Shown here: piece by piece, positions 39,514 through 49,053 of the stretch
Layout: the number at the start of each line of letters is the position of its first letter
Numbering within the stretch: the stretch's first letter is position 1
Assembly: GCA_051005175.1 (NCBI GenBank)
Contig: JBPCJP010000171.1
Coordinates: 4,564-68,563 of the forward strand
Source of the DNA: Gemmatimonadaceae bacterium
GTDB lineage: Bacteria > Gemmatimonadota > Gemmatimonadetes > Gemmatimonadales > Gemmatimonadaceae
Direction: 5' to 3'
DNA: 64,000 bases
Notes under the pieces: model-generated
What the model was told of the DNA's origin: nothing
Databases searched by the model: none
Seen by the model: only the letters and a program-made list of their open reading frames with translations
Position numbers and translations under genes: made by a program

Positions 39514-40719
39514 TCACCGGTTCTCCGATATTGCCTGCATGAGGCTTCCGTCATCGCCACCCAGCTCCCAGATGAACACACCACCGAGTTCATGCTCACG
39601 GGCGTAGCGCACTTTCTCTCCGACAGATTCGGGATCATCGTAGCTCACCCACGTTCCGCTGGTTGAATCGAACAGCCAGGGCACGCGAGCCGATGACTCC
39701 CAGTGGCGGACATACCGCGGGTCGTTGAGACGCGTTCGGGAGAGCGTTCTCCAGTCTCCGTCGCCGCCGCGCCATCCTTCTGGTCGTCCGCCTGGTTGGA
39801 ACAGTCCAGCATTGACGTTCGGCACACTGCCGTAGGCGCGCCCGTAAAACGGAATCCCCACGAGAAGCTGTGCTGCGGGAACGCCGGCCTCTCGAAACGC
39901 GCGAATCGATACGTCAGCATTGAAAGACGCAGTGGGATCTCCTTCTGCCGCGTACAACGGTGAATTGAATCCCGTCCGGCTCGACCCGGCGTGGTAATCG
40001 TATGTCATCACGTTTATGAAATCGAGCAGAGGCACGATTCGCTCTATCTCGAGGTTGGCGATCGCTCTCGGGTTTGCCGACACCGCGATCGCGAGCTCGT
40101 AATGCCGGCGATCCCTCGCCCCCTCCGCATCGAGCTGCCGCCGCAGCTCGGCCAGAAGGAGCGTGAAATTCTCCTTATCGGCTGGTCGCCTGACATTGGT
40201 TTCGAGTCCGCCGGATACCGGAAACTCCCAGTCGAGGTCGATTCCGTCGAAAAGCCCCTGAGTCTGGCGAATGAATACATCGATTGCCGATTCCGTGAAC
40301 AGCCGTCGGCTCGAGTCGGTAAGTGCCGCGTCGGAGAACTTCCCTGATCCGGTCCAGCCACCAATTGAAACGACGAGCCTCAGATGCGGGTTCAGCTGCT
40401 TCAGCCGCCGCAGCTCGGCGAAGTTTCCACCGGGATTAGTGAGATTTCCGGTTTCGCAGACTCCGATATCGGCGCACGGATCGCCGAGTCCTACGTGGCC
40501 GTCGTCGCCGATTCTGCCGAAAGCATAAAAGATGTGGGTGAGGTCCTTACCGGGGAGTTCGGCGATTTTTGTTCCCTTGCTTCGCACCCCCCACGACGCG
40601 AGATACCCGACAACGCGCATCTGGTTGACGCTGGATGGCGTGGCAGGGGCTGGCTGCCGCGCTGATGTGCAGGCGACAGAGGTCGCGAGCGCCAGGAAAA
40701 ACAGTCGGTTGATGCGCAT
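39514..40719 (-). CDS. GH18 chitinase-like lipoprotein
   Basis: Lipobox VAC; THIFYAF, SIGGW, FDGIDLDWEFP (DxDxE), VMTYDY, GIPFYGR, WELGGD. Confidence 0.92.
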   Translation of the reverse strand: MRINRLFFLALATSVACTSARQPAPATPSSVNQMRVVGYLASWGVRSKGTKIAELPGKDLTHIFYAFGRIGDDGHVGLGDPCADIGVCETGNLTNPGGNFAELRRLKQLNPHLRLVVSIGGWTGSGKFSDAALTDSSRRLFTESAIDVFIRQTQGLFDGIDLDWEFPVSGGLETNVRRPADKENFTLLLAELRRQLDAEGARDRRHYELAIAVSANPRAIANLEIERIVPLLDFINVMTYDYHAGSSRTGFNSPLYAAEGDPTASFNADVSIRAFREAGVPAAQLLVGIPFYGRAYGSVPNVNAGLFQPGGRPEGWRGGDGDWRTLSRTRLNDPRYVRHWESSARVPWLFDSTSGTWVSYDDPESVGEKVRYAREHELGGVFIWELGGDDGSLMQAISENR

Positions 40720-40854
40720 GAGAATGGGTGGGGCGTAAGCCTGCGAATGTGCCCAACCGTCAGCCCCGGGGGAATACCCCGATTGCCTTCGGCAGGAAGG
40801 TTGCACTGCACGGGGAAGTCCCGGTGCACGGTACCTTCTCGAACTCCAACTCAC

Positions 40855-41400
40855 ATGCCTGATGAGACACGCAGCGACACCTCAGACGACAAACCGGCGG
40901 ATCCGGCGGATGGAGGCGCGGAGCCCACTGACGCCGAGGCGCAGCGCGAGATCCGGGAGCGGGTGACGCGGCTCGCTTTCGGGGGCGACCCCGCGAAGTT
41001 CGAGGAATTTGTGCGTGAGATCGTCAGGACGACGCCAGCTGGAGTCGATGTGATTCTGCGCGGAAGCTCGATAACTGGTCACAAGCACGGGTCTGACGAG
41101 CCATTCGACGCAGACGGGCCGGGAACGAGCGATCTCGACGTGACTTTCGTGGGGGGCGACATGGTGATGCTCTTTCGTGAATTCCACATCCCGGGTATCC
41201 ACTCTGTGCCGCTCAGTGAGCAGCATCCTTTCGCGTCTCCGCAACTTTCGCCACTTCGAAAGCGACTGTGCGAAATGGTGCAGCGGCCAGTGAATCTTCA
41301 GGCGACTACGTCGCTGGTGCAGAATGTTCGAGATGCGACGATGGACCAGCCATATCTTGTGCTTTTGACGCAGCCAGAGGAAGTAGAGGCGGGAGAGTAG
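40855..41400 (+). CDS. Hypothetical protein with nucleotidyltransferase-like motif
   Basis: VILRGSSITG...SDLDV (GS...DxD) and a later RPVNL strand. Confidence 0.55.
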   Translation: MPDETRSDTSDDKPADPADGGAEPTDAEAQREIRERVTRLAFGGDPAKFEEFVREIVRTTPAGVDVILRGSSITGHKHGSDEPFDADGPGTSDLDVTFVGGDMVMLFREFHIPGIHSVPLSEQHPFASPQLSPLRKRLCEMVQRPVNLQATTSLVQNVRDATMDQPYLVLLTQPEEVEAGE

Positions 41401-41402
41401 TC

Positions 41403-42242
41403 TTGCGGCTGCTCACCTACAACATTCGCGAGGGCGGAGTTGGCCGCGCCGAACAGATCGCGGAAGTGATAAGGGCCGCGAACCCTGATGTCGTTGCGCT
41501 GCAGGAGGCGAGATATCCTGCCGTCGTCGAGCAGATCGCCGGCCTGGCGGGATTTCCGTACTCGGGATCGAAGCGGTCACACTCGACCGGTTTCCTGAGC
41601 AAAGTGCCGGTGACGGAGTACGCCTGGCGTTATCCGCCACGAACCCGGCATGCGATCCTCGAGGTCTCACTCGCTGACGGTTTCCCGAGATTGTTCGTGC
41701 TGCATCTGCGCGCGTGGTTCTCCAAGTGGAGTGAAAGGCAGCGCGCGCGCGAGCTCCGAGGTCTTCTGGATGGAATCAAGGAGCAGCTGATAAAGGAGGA
41801 GCACGCATTCGCGTTTCACATCCTCGCCGGCGACTTCAACGCCCTGGCTCCGGGAGAGGTGCTCGACCCTTCGCACATGCCGAGGTGGATTCAGGGGATG
41901 ATCTGGGTCAGCGGGCGCGACATCGCGCGCAGCACGATCGAGATGATGCAGTCCGAAGGTTACGTCGACGCGTGGCGCGCTCTTAATGCGGACATGGAGG
42001 GCGACCGCGGATGTACTTTCCCTGTCTGGAATCCGCATGTGAGGCTCGACTATGTTTTCACGCCCGCCGGCTACGCTTCCCGTTTCATCGCCTGCGAGGT
42101 CGTGCGGTCGCCCGAGGCGGTACGAACTGCATCCGATCACTTTCCGCTTCTTGTCGAGATCTCGGATAAGGAACAGGTCCATGTACCGGCACGCCCTACC
42201 AAGAATCGAGCGGCAACTGACAGGCCCTTCAGAGACCAATAG
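41403..42242 (+). CDS. Endonuclease/exonuclease/phosphatase (EEP) family protein
   Basis: LLTYNI, PDVVALQE, VLHL, AGDFN, RLDYVF, ASDHFP. Confidence 0.88.
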   Translation: MRLLTYNIREGGVGRAEQIAEVIRAANPDVVALQEARYPAVVEQIAGLAGFPYSGSKRSHSTGFLSKVPVTEYAWRYPPRTRHAILEVSLADGFPRLFVLHLRAWFSKWSERQRARELRGLLDGIKEQLIKEEHAFAFHILAGDFNALAPGEVLDPSHMPRWIQGMIWVSGRDIARSTIEMMQSEGYVDAWRALNADMEGDRGCTFPVWNPHVRLDYVFTPAGYASRFIACEVVRSPEAVRTASDHFPLLVEISDKEQVHVPARPTKNRAATDRPFRDQ

Positions 42243-43735
42243 TGAATCCTGAACAAGCATACGCCGAGCTGATCCGTCTCTCGCGTGAAAGAACCGTTCT
42301 GTCGTCGTGTGCCGGACTCCTGCAATGGGACTCCGAGATATACATGCCGCGTGGCGGCGTGAAGCACCGCGGCGACCAGCTTGCACTCCTCGCGGGACTC
42401 GCGCACGACCGTGCAACCGACCCACGCCTTGGCGAGCTGCTCGGCACTGTCGAAGCGTCATCGCTGGTGAGCGATACCGAAAGCCCCGAAGCCGTAAACG
42501 TGCGAGAGCTCAGGCGCGACTTCGACCGCGAGACCCGCCTGCCGCGGCGACTCGTCGAGGAAATGGCGCGCGTGTCTGCGCTGTCATCCCGGGCTTGGGC
42601 GGACGCGCGCGAAAGGGATGACTTCGAGAGCTTCGCCCCATGGCTCGACAAGACCTTCGCGCTGGCCCGGGAGAAAGCTGATGCCATCGGTCATACCGGA
42701 GTGCGGTACGACGCTCTCCTCGATGACTACGAGCCCGGGATGACGACAAAGCAGCTGTCGTCACTTTTTACCGACCTTCGCGCCCAGCTCGTTCCACTCG
42801 TTGAATCCCTGCGCGATAAGCCTTCGCCGGCTCACGTTCTCGATCGCGAATTTCCGCTCGACCAGCAGCGCGCCTTCGCCGAGGGGCTCGCGGGGAAGCT
42901 GGGTTTCGATCTCGAAGGTGGCCGCTTCGACCTCGGCCCGCATCCCTTCTGCACGACGATAGGGCCCGGCGACGTTCGCATAGCGGCGAGATATCATCCT
43001 CGTAACTTCGCCAGCGGGTTCCTGGCGGTAATGCATGAAACCGGACACGCGCTTTACGAGCAGGGTCTCGATCAAGCGCACTTCGGAACACCGATGGGTG
43101 AGGCAGCATCACTTGGCATTCACGAATCACAGTCGCGCCTGTGGGAGAACCTCGTCGGGAGAAGTCACGGATTCTGGAAGCACTTCTATCCCCAGCTTCA
43201 AGGGGCCCTCGACGTCAACGATGTTTCGCTCGACGAGTTTCGCGAAGTGATTAACCACGTCAGGCCGGGCCTTATCCGCGTCGAAGCTGACGAAGTCACG
43301 TACAACCTTCACATCATCATCAGGTTCGAGCTCGAGCAGGCACTTCTCTCCGGGGATCTTCAGGCACAGGATCTTCCCGGCGAGTGGAACGACATGTACC
43401 AGCGCTACCTGGGCGTAACTCCCGACAGCGACAGGAACGGCTGCCTCCAGGATATACACTGGTCCGAGTCTCTGATCGGCTACTTCCCGACGTATACGCT
43501 TGGCAACGTCTACGCGGCTCAGCTGTTCGCTGCCGCCGAACGTGCGGTGGGTCCGCTGGAGAACGCTTTCGCTGCCGGAGAGTTTAGCCCCCTCCGCGAC
43601 TGGCTCGGCCAGCATATCCACTGCCTCGGCAAGCGTTTTCCTGCGGTCAAGCTGGTGGAGAGGGCAACAGGGACTGCGCCTGACACTTCAGCCCTGGTTG
43701 GCAGTCTCTCAAAGCGATATCTGGCGTCGGCCTGA
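42242..43735 (+). CDS. Carboxypeptidase M32 (Taq-type)
   Basis: HPFC, HETGHALYEQG, IHESQS, IRVEADE, GCLQDIHW, GYFPTY. Confidence 0.93.
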   Translation: MNPEQAYAELIRLSRERTVLSSCAGLLQWDSEIYMPRGGVKHRGDQLALLAGLAHDRATDPRLGELLGTVEASSLVSDTESPEAVNVRELRRDFDRETRLPRRLVEEMARVSALSSRAWADARERDDFESFAPWLDKTFALAREKADAIGHTGVRYDALLDDYEPGMTTKQLSSLFTDLRAQLVPLVESLRDKPSPAHVLDREFPLDQQRAFAEGLAGKLGFDLEGGRFDLGPHPFCTTIGPGDVRIAARYHPRNFASGFLAVMHETGHALYEQGLDQAHFGTPMGEAASLGIHESQSRLWENLVGRSHGFWKHFYPQLQGALDVNDVSLDEFREVINHVRPGLIRVEADEVTYNLHIIIRFELEQALLSGDLQAQDLPGEWNDMYQRYLGVTPDSDRNGCLQDIHWSESLIGYFPTYTLGNVYAAQLFAAAERAVGPLENAFAAGEFSPLRDWLGQHIHCLGKRFPAVKLVERATGTAPDTSALVGSLSKRYLASA

Positions 43736-43800
43736 AATTGTGATGACACAGCCCGGCGAGTCCTTTGGTAGCTTGTGTCAATAGTTGCATAAAGATACTA

Positions 43801-43850
43801 ACTGCGGACTGCGGACGTACTGCGGACGCCGACCCGGACTACTGCGGACT
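43801..43850 (+). repeat. Degenerate ACTGCGG heptamer tract
   Basis: actgcgg actgcgg acgt actgcgg acgccg acccgg act actgcgg act between convergent genes. Confidence 0.6.
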
Positions 43851-43867
43851 AGTGACTAGTTGCGCTA

Positions 43868-44626
43868 CTACGGCAGGGCAGGTACCGCCAGAACCCCCTT
43901 CACGAGAAACTGACCTCTCGGAAACGCGTAACTGTCACGGTTGAAGTAGTCCGCCTGCATCACCTCGACCCGGTGACGCGATGCGGCGCAATGCCACGTC
44001 TCGAACGATTTCGGTCTCGCTCTGCCGAACACCGAGGGGACTAAGACACCGACATTCACTCCTCCCTGATCATCGCGGGCAGAAGGGTATTTGAATGCCT
44101 GGACGCCGGCGCCACGCATTACGGTGCCGAGGGGCTGGGATGAGGCGTAACTCGTTGGTGACGTGATGGCCAGGTGATGTGCGTCGAATGGTGGCGCGAC
44201 GAGATCGATTCCGCGCGATGTGCGAACCCGGGCCGTGAATGCGGTGAGCGGCGTCTCGACCGTGCCCAGCTCCGCCGCAGTCCCTTCGAGGAATACCATT
44301 CTATAGTATGCGACCTCGGCGAACGCAGTACGCCGGTCGAGTGATCCATACCATATCCCGGGCTCGTTGCGTCCGCCGAAGCGCGAACCGTGCTTCAAGG
44401 GCGGATACCTGAATGGCGTGAAGAGCAGGTAGTGAAGCCGGCCGCCTGTGCGATCGGCCGGCTTCACTCGATCGATCAACTCCTCGAGGAGCGCCTGCTC
44501 CTCGTTCGAGTCGACGAGCTTGCGGGTCGAGATCTGATGCTGCGCCTCCACCACCCGCCATGGCGAGAGCTGGAGTGGCTTCAGCTCAGAGTCGCCCGCG
44601 CATCGCGTCCAGATACTGGACGACAT
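43868..44626 (-). CDS. RES-domain toxin (NAD+ phosphorylase family)
   Basis: WRVVEAQH, TPFRY, GSRFG, AFAEVAYY, YPSAR; downstream of an Xre-type antitoxin. Confidence 0.85.
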   Translation of the reverse strand: MSSSIWTRCAGDSELKPLQLSPWRVVEAQHQISTRKLVDSNEEQALLEELIDRVKPADRTGGRLHYLLFTPFRYPPLKHGSRFGGRNEPGIWYGSLDRRTAFAEVAYYRMVFLEGTAAELGTVETPLTAFTARVRTSRGIDLVAPPFDAHHLAITSPTSYASSQPLGTVMRGAGVQAFKYPSARDDQGGVNVGVLVPSVFGRARPKSFETWHCAASRHRVEVMQADYFNRDSYAFPRGQFLVKGVLAVPALP

Positions 44627-44966
44627 CTATGAGTCCTTCGACTGTGCGGATTCGATCGGCGGGAATTCCGCCGATGTGATGGTTGTGCGAATGAAGCCAC
44701 GTCCGGGCTTTGTCGTCGTCTCCGCCAACCAGCGCGTCGAGTGACCTGAAGAGACGGAGGAAGAGCAGCGCCAGCTCCCCTTCTTTCCGCTCCGGGGCGA
44801 GTCCTCGCCCGGTTCGGAGGCGTGAAATCGATGCCTCGCTCGTGCCGATGATTTCACCCAGGGCTCTGTTGCGCAGGCCGAGCCGGGCCGCGGCGGAAAG
44901 GGTGGCTTTGGCGAGAACCGGCCCGGGCTGGGGCTTAGTGTCGTGAGTGAGCGGCGAGGTGGTCAT
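44586..44966 (-). CDS. Xre/MbcA/ParS-type antitoxin
   Basis: N-terminal HTH (IIGTSEASISR); ARTWLHSHN...P...EGLIDVVQYLDAMRG. Confidence 0.85.
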   Translation of the reverse strand: MTTSPLTHDTKPQPGPVLAKATLSAAARLGLRNRALGEIIGTSEASISRLRTGRGLAPERKEGELALLFLRLFRSLDALVGGDDDKARTWLHSHNHHIGGIPADRIRTVEGLIDVVQYLDAMRGRL

Positions 44967-45009
44967 TCAACTGGAAGATATTGCGAATTTCTTGCAATTG
45001 CAAGCCTTT

Positions 45010-45228
45010 TTACTGGCCGGGACGCTCGTCTCTGTTGGAGACGTCGTCCTGATCGACAGGATCTGAAACCTCCTGAATCTCGTCGCCCGGACGGAGGCCG
45101 GCGCGCGCGTCGCCGGTTCTGGGAAAGGGCCTGATCTCGTCGAGCAGCGGGGGCGGGGGTTGCTTGCGGCGGATGAGAAGCGCGAGAACCACCGCCACCA
45201 CGATGACAATCAGAATGAGCCTGATCAC
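45010..45228 (-). CDS. Small single-TM hypothetical protein
   Basis: GAGGAG RBS upstream; hydrophobic N-terminus followed by RRK and an acidic tail. Confidence 0.55.
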   Translation of the reverse strand: MIRLILIVIVVAVVLALLIRRKQPPPPLLDEIRPFPRTGDARAGLRPGDEIQEVSDPVDQDDVSNRDERPGQ

Positions 45229-45284
45229 AGCCGTCTCCTCCTCATGAGATGCTGAAAGTTATAGCAGGGGGCCTAGATTGCGGC

Positions 45285-46514
45285 ATGGCATCCCGGAGAG
45301 TCGTCGTCATCGGAGCAGGCGCAGCCGGGTCGATGGCGGCAATTCTCGCGGCGAGAGGCGGTGCCGTGACCACTCTTCTCGAACGCACGCGCGACGGCGG
45401 CAGGAAGATCCTCATAAGCGGCGGCGGGCGGTGCAACGTGCTGCCGATGGCCGTGGACGAGTCCCAGCTAGTCACCGACTCGGCGCCGCGCTCGCTGCGA
45501 AAAATCCTTCGCTCATGGCCGCTTCATGAGCAGATCGCGTTCTTCGAGAACGATCTCGGGATTCCGCTTGCTGAGGAGCCCGAATCCGGAAAGCTGTTCC
45601 CGCGATCGAACAGGGCTCGCGACGTTCGCGATGGACTTCTCTCCGCTGCGCGAAGCGCGGGCGCGACTGTTGATACCGGAACTGTAGTCAGCGGCTTTGC
45701 CCGGCACGACGGCGGGTGGCGAGTGACGTCCGAAGGGCGGCCGCCCATGGAATGCGATGCGGTGATCGTTGCGACCGGCGGACTGTCCGTCCCGAACACC
45801 GGCAGCGACGGACTCGGGCTGCGAGAGCTCGCCCGGCTCGGTCACGCCATGAGCCCGACTTACGCCGCACTCACGCCGCTCACCGCGACGAATTCTCCTT
45901 TCGCTTCACTCAGCGGAGTTTCGCTACGCGTCACGATAACCGCGCGTGACGTGAAAAACGAACGGCATGCAACGGCGACAGGAGGCTTCCTCTTCACCCA
46001 TCTCGGCTACAGCGGCCCGTCAGTGCTTGATGTGTCGCACGTCGCAGTTCGATCCCGCAGTGAATCAGACGGATCCGCGCGCGTCACGGTCCAGTGGACG
46101 GAGCTCGACGCAGCCGGCTGGAATAAAGCGCTCACGCCTCGCGGAAACCGCACAGTTGCAGGTGCTGTCCGGCCGCACCTGCCTGACCGGCTCGTCGCGG
46201 TGCTTCTTTCGCTCGCAGACTGCGATCCGGCCCGATCGCTCGCTGAGCTTCGCCGCGAGGAGCGCCATCGCGTGATCGAAAAGCTGACAGAGTGCGAGCT
46301 TCCATGGGACGGAGACGAGGGTTATCGCAAGGCGGAGGTAACCGGCGGGGGCGTCAGTCTCTCGGAGGTGAACCCTGTCACCATGGAGAGCAGGCGGCAC
46401 GCGGGACTGTTCATCTGCGGCGAAGTCCTCGACGCTTTCGGCCCGGTGGGTGGCTACAATTTCCTCTGGGCATGGGCTACGGGGAGGGCGGCCGGCATCC
46501 ACGCCGCCTTGTAG
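45285..46514 (+). CDS. HI0933/BaiN-family FAD-dependent oxidoreductase
   Basis: IGAGAAG, KILISGGGRCN, ATGGLS, LFTHLGYSGP, VTGGGV, GGYN. Confidence 0.9.
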   Translation: MASRRVVVIGAGAAGSMAAILAARGGAVTTLLERTRDGGRKILISGGGRCNVLPMAVDESQLVTDSAPRSLRKILRSWPLHEQIAFFENDLGIPLAEEPESGKLFPRSNRARDVRDGLLSAARSAGATVDTGTVVSGFARHDGGWRVTSEGRPPMECDAVIVATGGLSVPNTGSDGLGLRELARLGHAMSPTYAALTPLTATNSPFASLSGVSLRVTITARDVKNERHATATGGFLFTHLGYSGPSVLDVSHVAVRSRSESDGSARVTVQWTELDAAGWNKALTPRGNRTVAGAVRPHLPDRLVAVLLSLADCDPARSLAELRREERHRVIEKLTECELPWDGDEGYRKAEVTGGGVSLSEVNPVTMESRRHAGLFICGEVLDAFGPVGGYNFLWAWATGRAAGIHAAL

Positions 46515-46583
46515 CCCGGGAGGTGTTTCGGACCGCGGAGCTGGAGTAGATTTTCCGGCACAACCATCCCAGGGTCGAGAACG

Positions 46584-47654
46584 ATGACACGCTACTCAAG
46601 CATCCTCGAGACGGTCGGAAACACTCCGGTCGTCAGGATCAACAAGCTCGCTCCCGAAGGCGTCGACCTCTTCGTGAAGATCGAAGCCTTCAATCCGCTC
46701 GGATCCGTAAAGGATCGCCTCGCGCTCGGTGTCATTGAAGATGCTGAACGCACCGGCGCACTCAAGCCGGGCCAGACGGTGGTCGAGGCGACAAGCGGAA
46801 ACACCGGCATCGGACTCGCCATGGTCTGTGCCGCAAAGGGTTACCCGCTCGTAGTGACGATGGCCGAGTCGTTCAGCGTCGAGCGCCGTCGCCTGATGCG
46901 ATTCCTGGGAGCGAAGGTGGTGCTCACACCTCCCGCCCTCGGCGCGACGGGCATGGTTCAGCTGGCGATGGAGCTTGCGGAGAAGCACGGTTGGTTCCTC
47001 ACCCGCCAGTTCGAGAACGAGGCGAACGCGGACATGCATTCGCGCACGACTGCCCGGGAGATCCTGGATGACTTCGCGGGACAGAAGCTCGACTATTTCG
47101 TAACCGGCTTTGGGACAGGCGGTACACTCAAGGGCGTGGCGCGCGTGCTCGAAAAGGAGAGCCCGGAAACTCAGATCGTGCTGGCTGAGCCGGCGGATGC
47201 CGCGATGGTGACGAGCGGAGAGAAACAGGCCCGGAAGGATGACGGATCACCTGCGTCGCGCCACCCTGCGTGGAAGCCGCATCCGATTCAGGGGTGGAAC
47301 CCGGATTTCATTCCAAAGCTGACGGGGGATGCAATCGAGGCGGGATATGTCGACAGGGTGATTACCGTGTCGGGCCCCGACGCAATGCGCGCGAGCCGGG
47401 AGCTTGCGCAGAAAGAGGGAATTTTTGTCGGTACGTCGGCCGGCGCGTCCTTCACTGCCGCGATCCAGGTCTGCAACGATGCGCCGAAGGGATCGACGAT
47501 TCTCTGCATGCTTCCCGATACCGGCGAGCGTTATCTCTCGACTCCGCTTTTCGCGGATATCCTGCCGGACATGAATGACGAGGAGCGGGCTATCCTCGAA
47601 TCGACGCCGACCTTTACGCACATGGGGGAAGCCGGGGGCGTGCCGCCGCGCTAA
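46584..47654 (+). CDS. cysK: Cysteine synthase A
   Basis: GNTPVV, NPLGSVKDR, EATSGNTG, QFEN, GTGGT, PDTGERYLST. Confidence 0.92.
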   Translation: MTRYSSILETVGNTPVVRINKLAPEGVDLFVKIEAFNPLGSVKDRLALGVIEDAERTGALKPGQTVVEATSGNTGIGLAMVCAAKGYPLVVTMAESFSVERRRLMRFLGAKVVLTPPALGATGMVQLAMELAEKHGWFLTRQFENEANADMHSRTTAREILDDFAGQKLDYFVTGFGTGGTLKGVARVLEKESPETQIVLAEPADAAMVTSGEKQARKDDGSPASRHPAWKPHPIQGWNPDFIPKLTGDAIEAGYVDRVITVSGPDAMRASRELAQKEGIFVGTSAGASFTAAIQVCNDAPKGSTILCMLPDTGERYLSTPLFADILPDMNDEERAILESTPTFTHMGEAGGVPPR

Positions 47655-47686
47655 AGGGTTTGACCGGCCTGAATTCGTCAGGAAAC

Positions 47687-47847
47687 CAGGGGGTGGGGAG
47701 ACCAGTGAGAAAAACAGTGAGACCGTTGAGGTGATTTCGAGATCGGACGACTTGCTTGCGCGGGATTGTCTATTCTGTTCTGGGTAAGAACCAGACGAAC
47801 TCCTCATCGGTCTCACCGTTTTCTCACTGGTCTCCACCCCCCCCCTG
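47687..47847. repeat. Intergenic ~160-bp palindromic element (arms 47687-47731 and 47802-47847)
   Basis: cagggggtggggagaccagtgagaaaaacagtgagaccgttgagg is near-complementary to cctcatcggtctcaccgttttctcactggtctccaccccccccctg. Confidence 0.8.
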
Positions 47848-47907
47848 ATGTTGCGTCCGACCGGCATCCTCGCACCACCGGCGTCAACCGCATAGTTTCC
47901 CGCTCCG

Positions 47908-48942
47908 ATGCGAGCGCTTCGACTTACAGCCCCGGGATCGCCGATCGAGCTCCACGATGTCCCCACGCCGCAGGCCGGGGATGGGGAAGTGCTCGTGCGC
48001 GTTCATGCCGCAGGCATCTGTCATTCAGATGCCCACTATCGGTCGGGTCGATCACCGGCCGGTCCGCTGCCCCTGATTCTCGGACATGAAGTTGCCGGTG
48101 TGGTCGAAAGCACCGGCCCGCAGGTCTCGACTGTCCGCCCCGGTGACCGCGTCTGCCTTCATTACCTCACGACCTGCGGCCATTGCGACCAGTGCCATCG
48201 CGGCAATGAGCAGTTCTGCCATTTCGGATCGATGCTCGGACATTATCGCGACGGGGGCTGGGCGGAATACATAGTAGTGCCCGAGCGGAACGCCGTTGCC
48301 CTGCCCGAGGAGATACCGTTCGAGCACGGCGCGGCGCTCATGTGCTCGGCCGCCACTTCATTCCATGCCCTCAGAAAGTCCCGGCTGAAGCCCGGCGAGA
48401 CTGTGGCAATCTTCGGAACCGGCGGACTCGGTATGGCTGCAGTACAGCTCGCGAAGGCATTCGGCGCCCGCGAGGTTTATGGCGTAGACATCCATGAGGC
48501 GAAGCTGCAAAGCGTAGCGGAGCTCGGAGCGATTCCGGTCGATGCAAGCCAGAGGAATCCAGTCGACGCGCTGCGCGAGCACACAGGCGGCCAGGGGGTC
48601 GACGTCTCAGTCGAGCTCATCGGGCTTCCGCTGACAATGCAGCAGGCGGTCAAGTCCCTCGCCGTACACGGGCGCGCGGTAGTCGCCGGCCTTGCAGCAC
48701 ACCCGCTCGAGATCGACACATATCGAGACCTCCTGGGCCGCGAGGCGGAGGTCATAGGGGCAAACGATCATCTTCTGGCCGAGCTGTCGCCGCTGATCGA
48801 GCTGGTGCGCCTGAAGGCACTCGACATGAGCCGGGTCGTACGCCAGACCGTGCCTCTCGGCGCAGACGCGGTGAACCTGATTCTCGACAAGCTCGACGCC
48901 TTCGAAGCGCCTGAGCGGACAGTGATAATCCCAGCGAACTGA
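47908..48942 (+). CDS. Zinc-dependent alcohol dehydrogenase (MDR)
   Basis: GICHSD, GHE, C-x2-C-x2-C-x7-C zinc lobe, GTGGLG. Confidence 0.92.
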   Translation: MRALRLTAPGSPIELHDVPTPQAGDGEVLVRVHAAGICHSDAHYRSGRSPAGPLPLILGHEVAGVVESTGPQVSTVRPGDRVCLHYLTTCGHCDQCHRGNEQFCHFGSMLGHYRDGGWAEYIVVPERNAVALPEEIPFEHGAALMCSAATSFHALRKSRLKPGETVAIFGTGGLGMAAVQLAKAFGAREVYGVDIHEAKLQSVAELGAIPVDASQRNPVDALREHTGGQGVDVSVELIGLPLTMQQAVKSLAVHGRAVVAGLAAHPLEIDTYRDLLGREAEVIGANDHLLAELSPLIELVRLKALDMSRVVRQTVPLGADAVNLILDKLDAFEAPERTVIIPAN

Positions 48943-49053
48943 GGACGCTCTTGTAAGGGGATTGAAAAGACGGCGTCCATATGTTCCATCTTTGCCCGGG
49001 TCAGGTAGATTTTCGAGGTCCCCCGAGCTCAACCCGACTCGATCCTTAGTGAT

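Noticed and set aside
37846-39666. Short ORFs across the repeat array
   Set aside because: Low-complexity Cys/Arg/Gln translations of the repeats on both strands, with frames not preserved between units.
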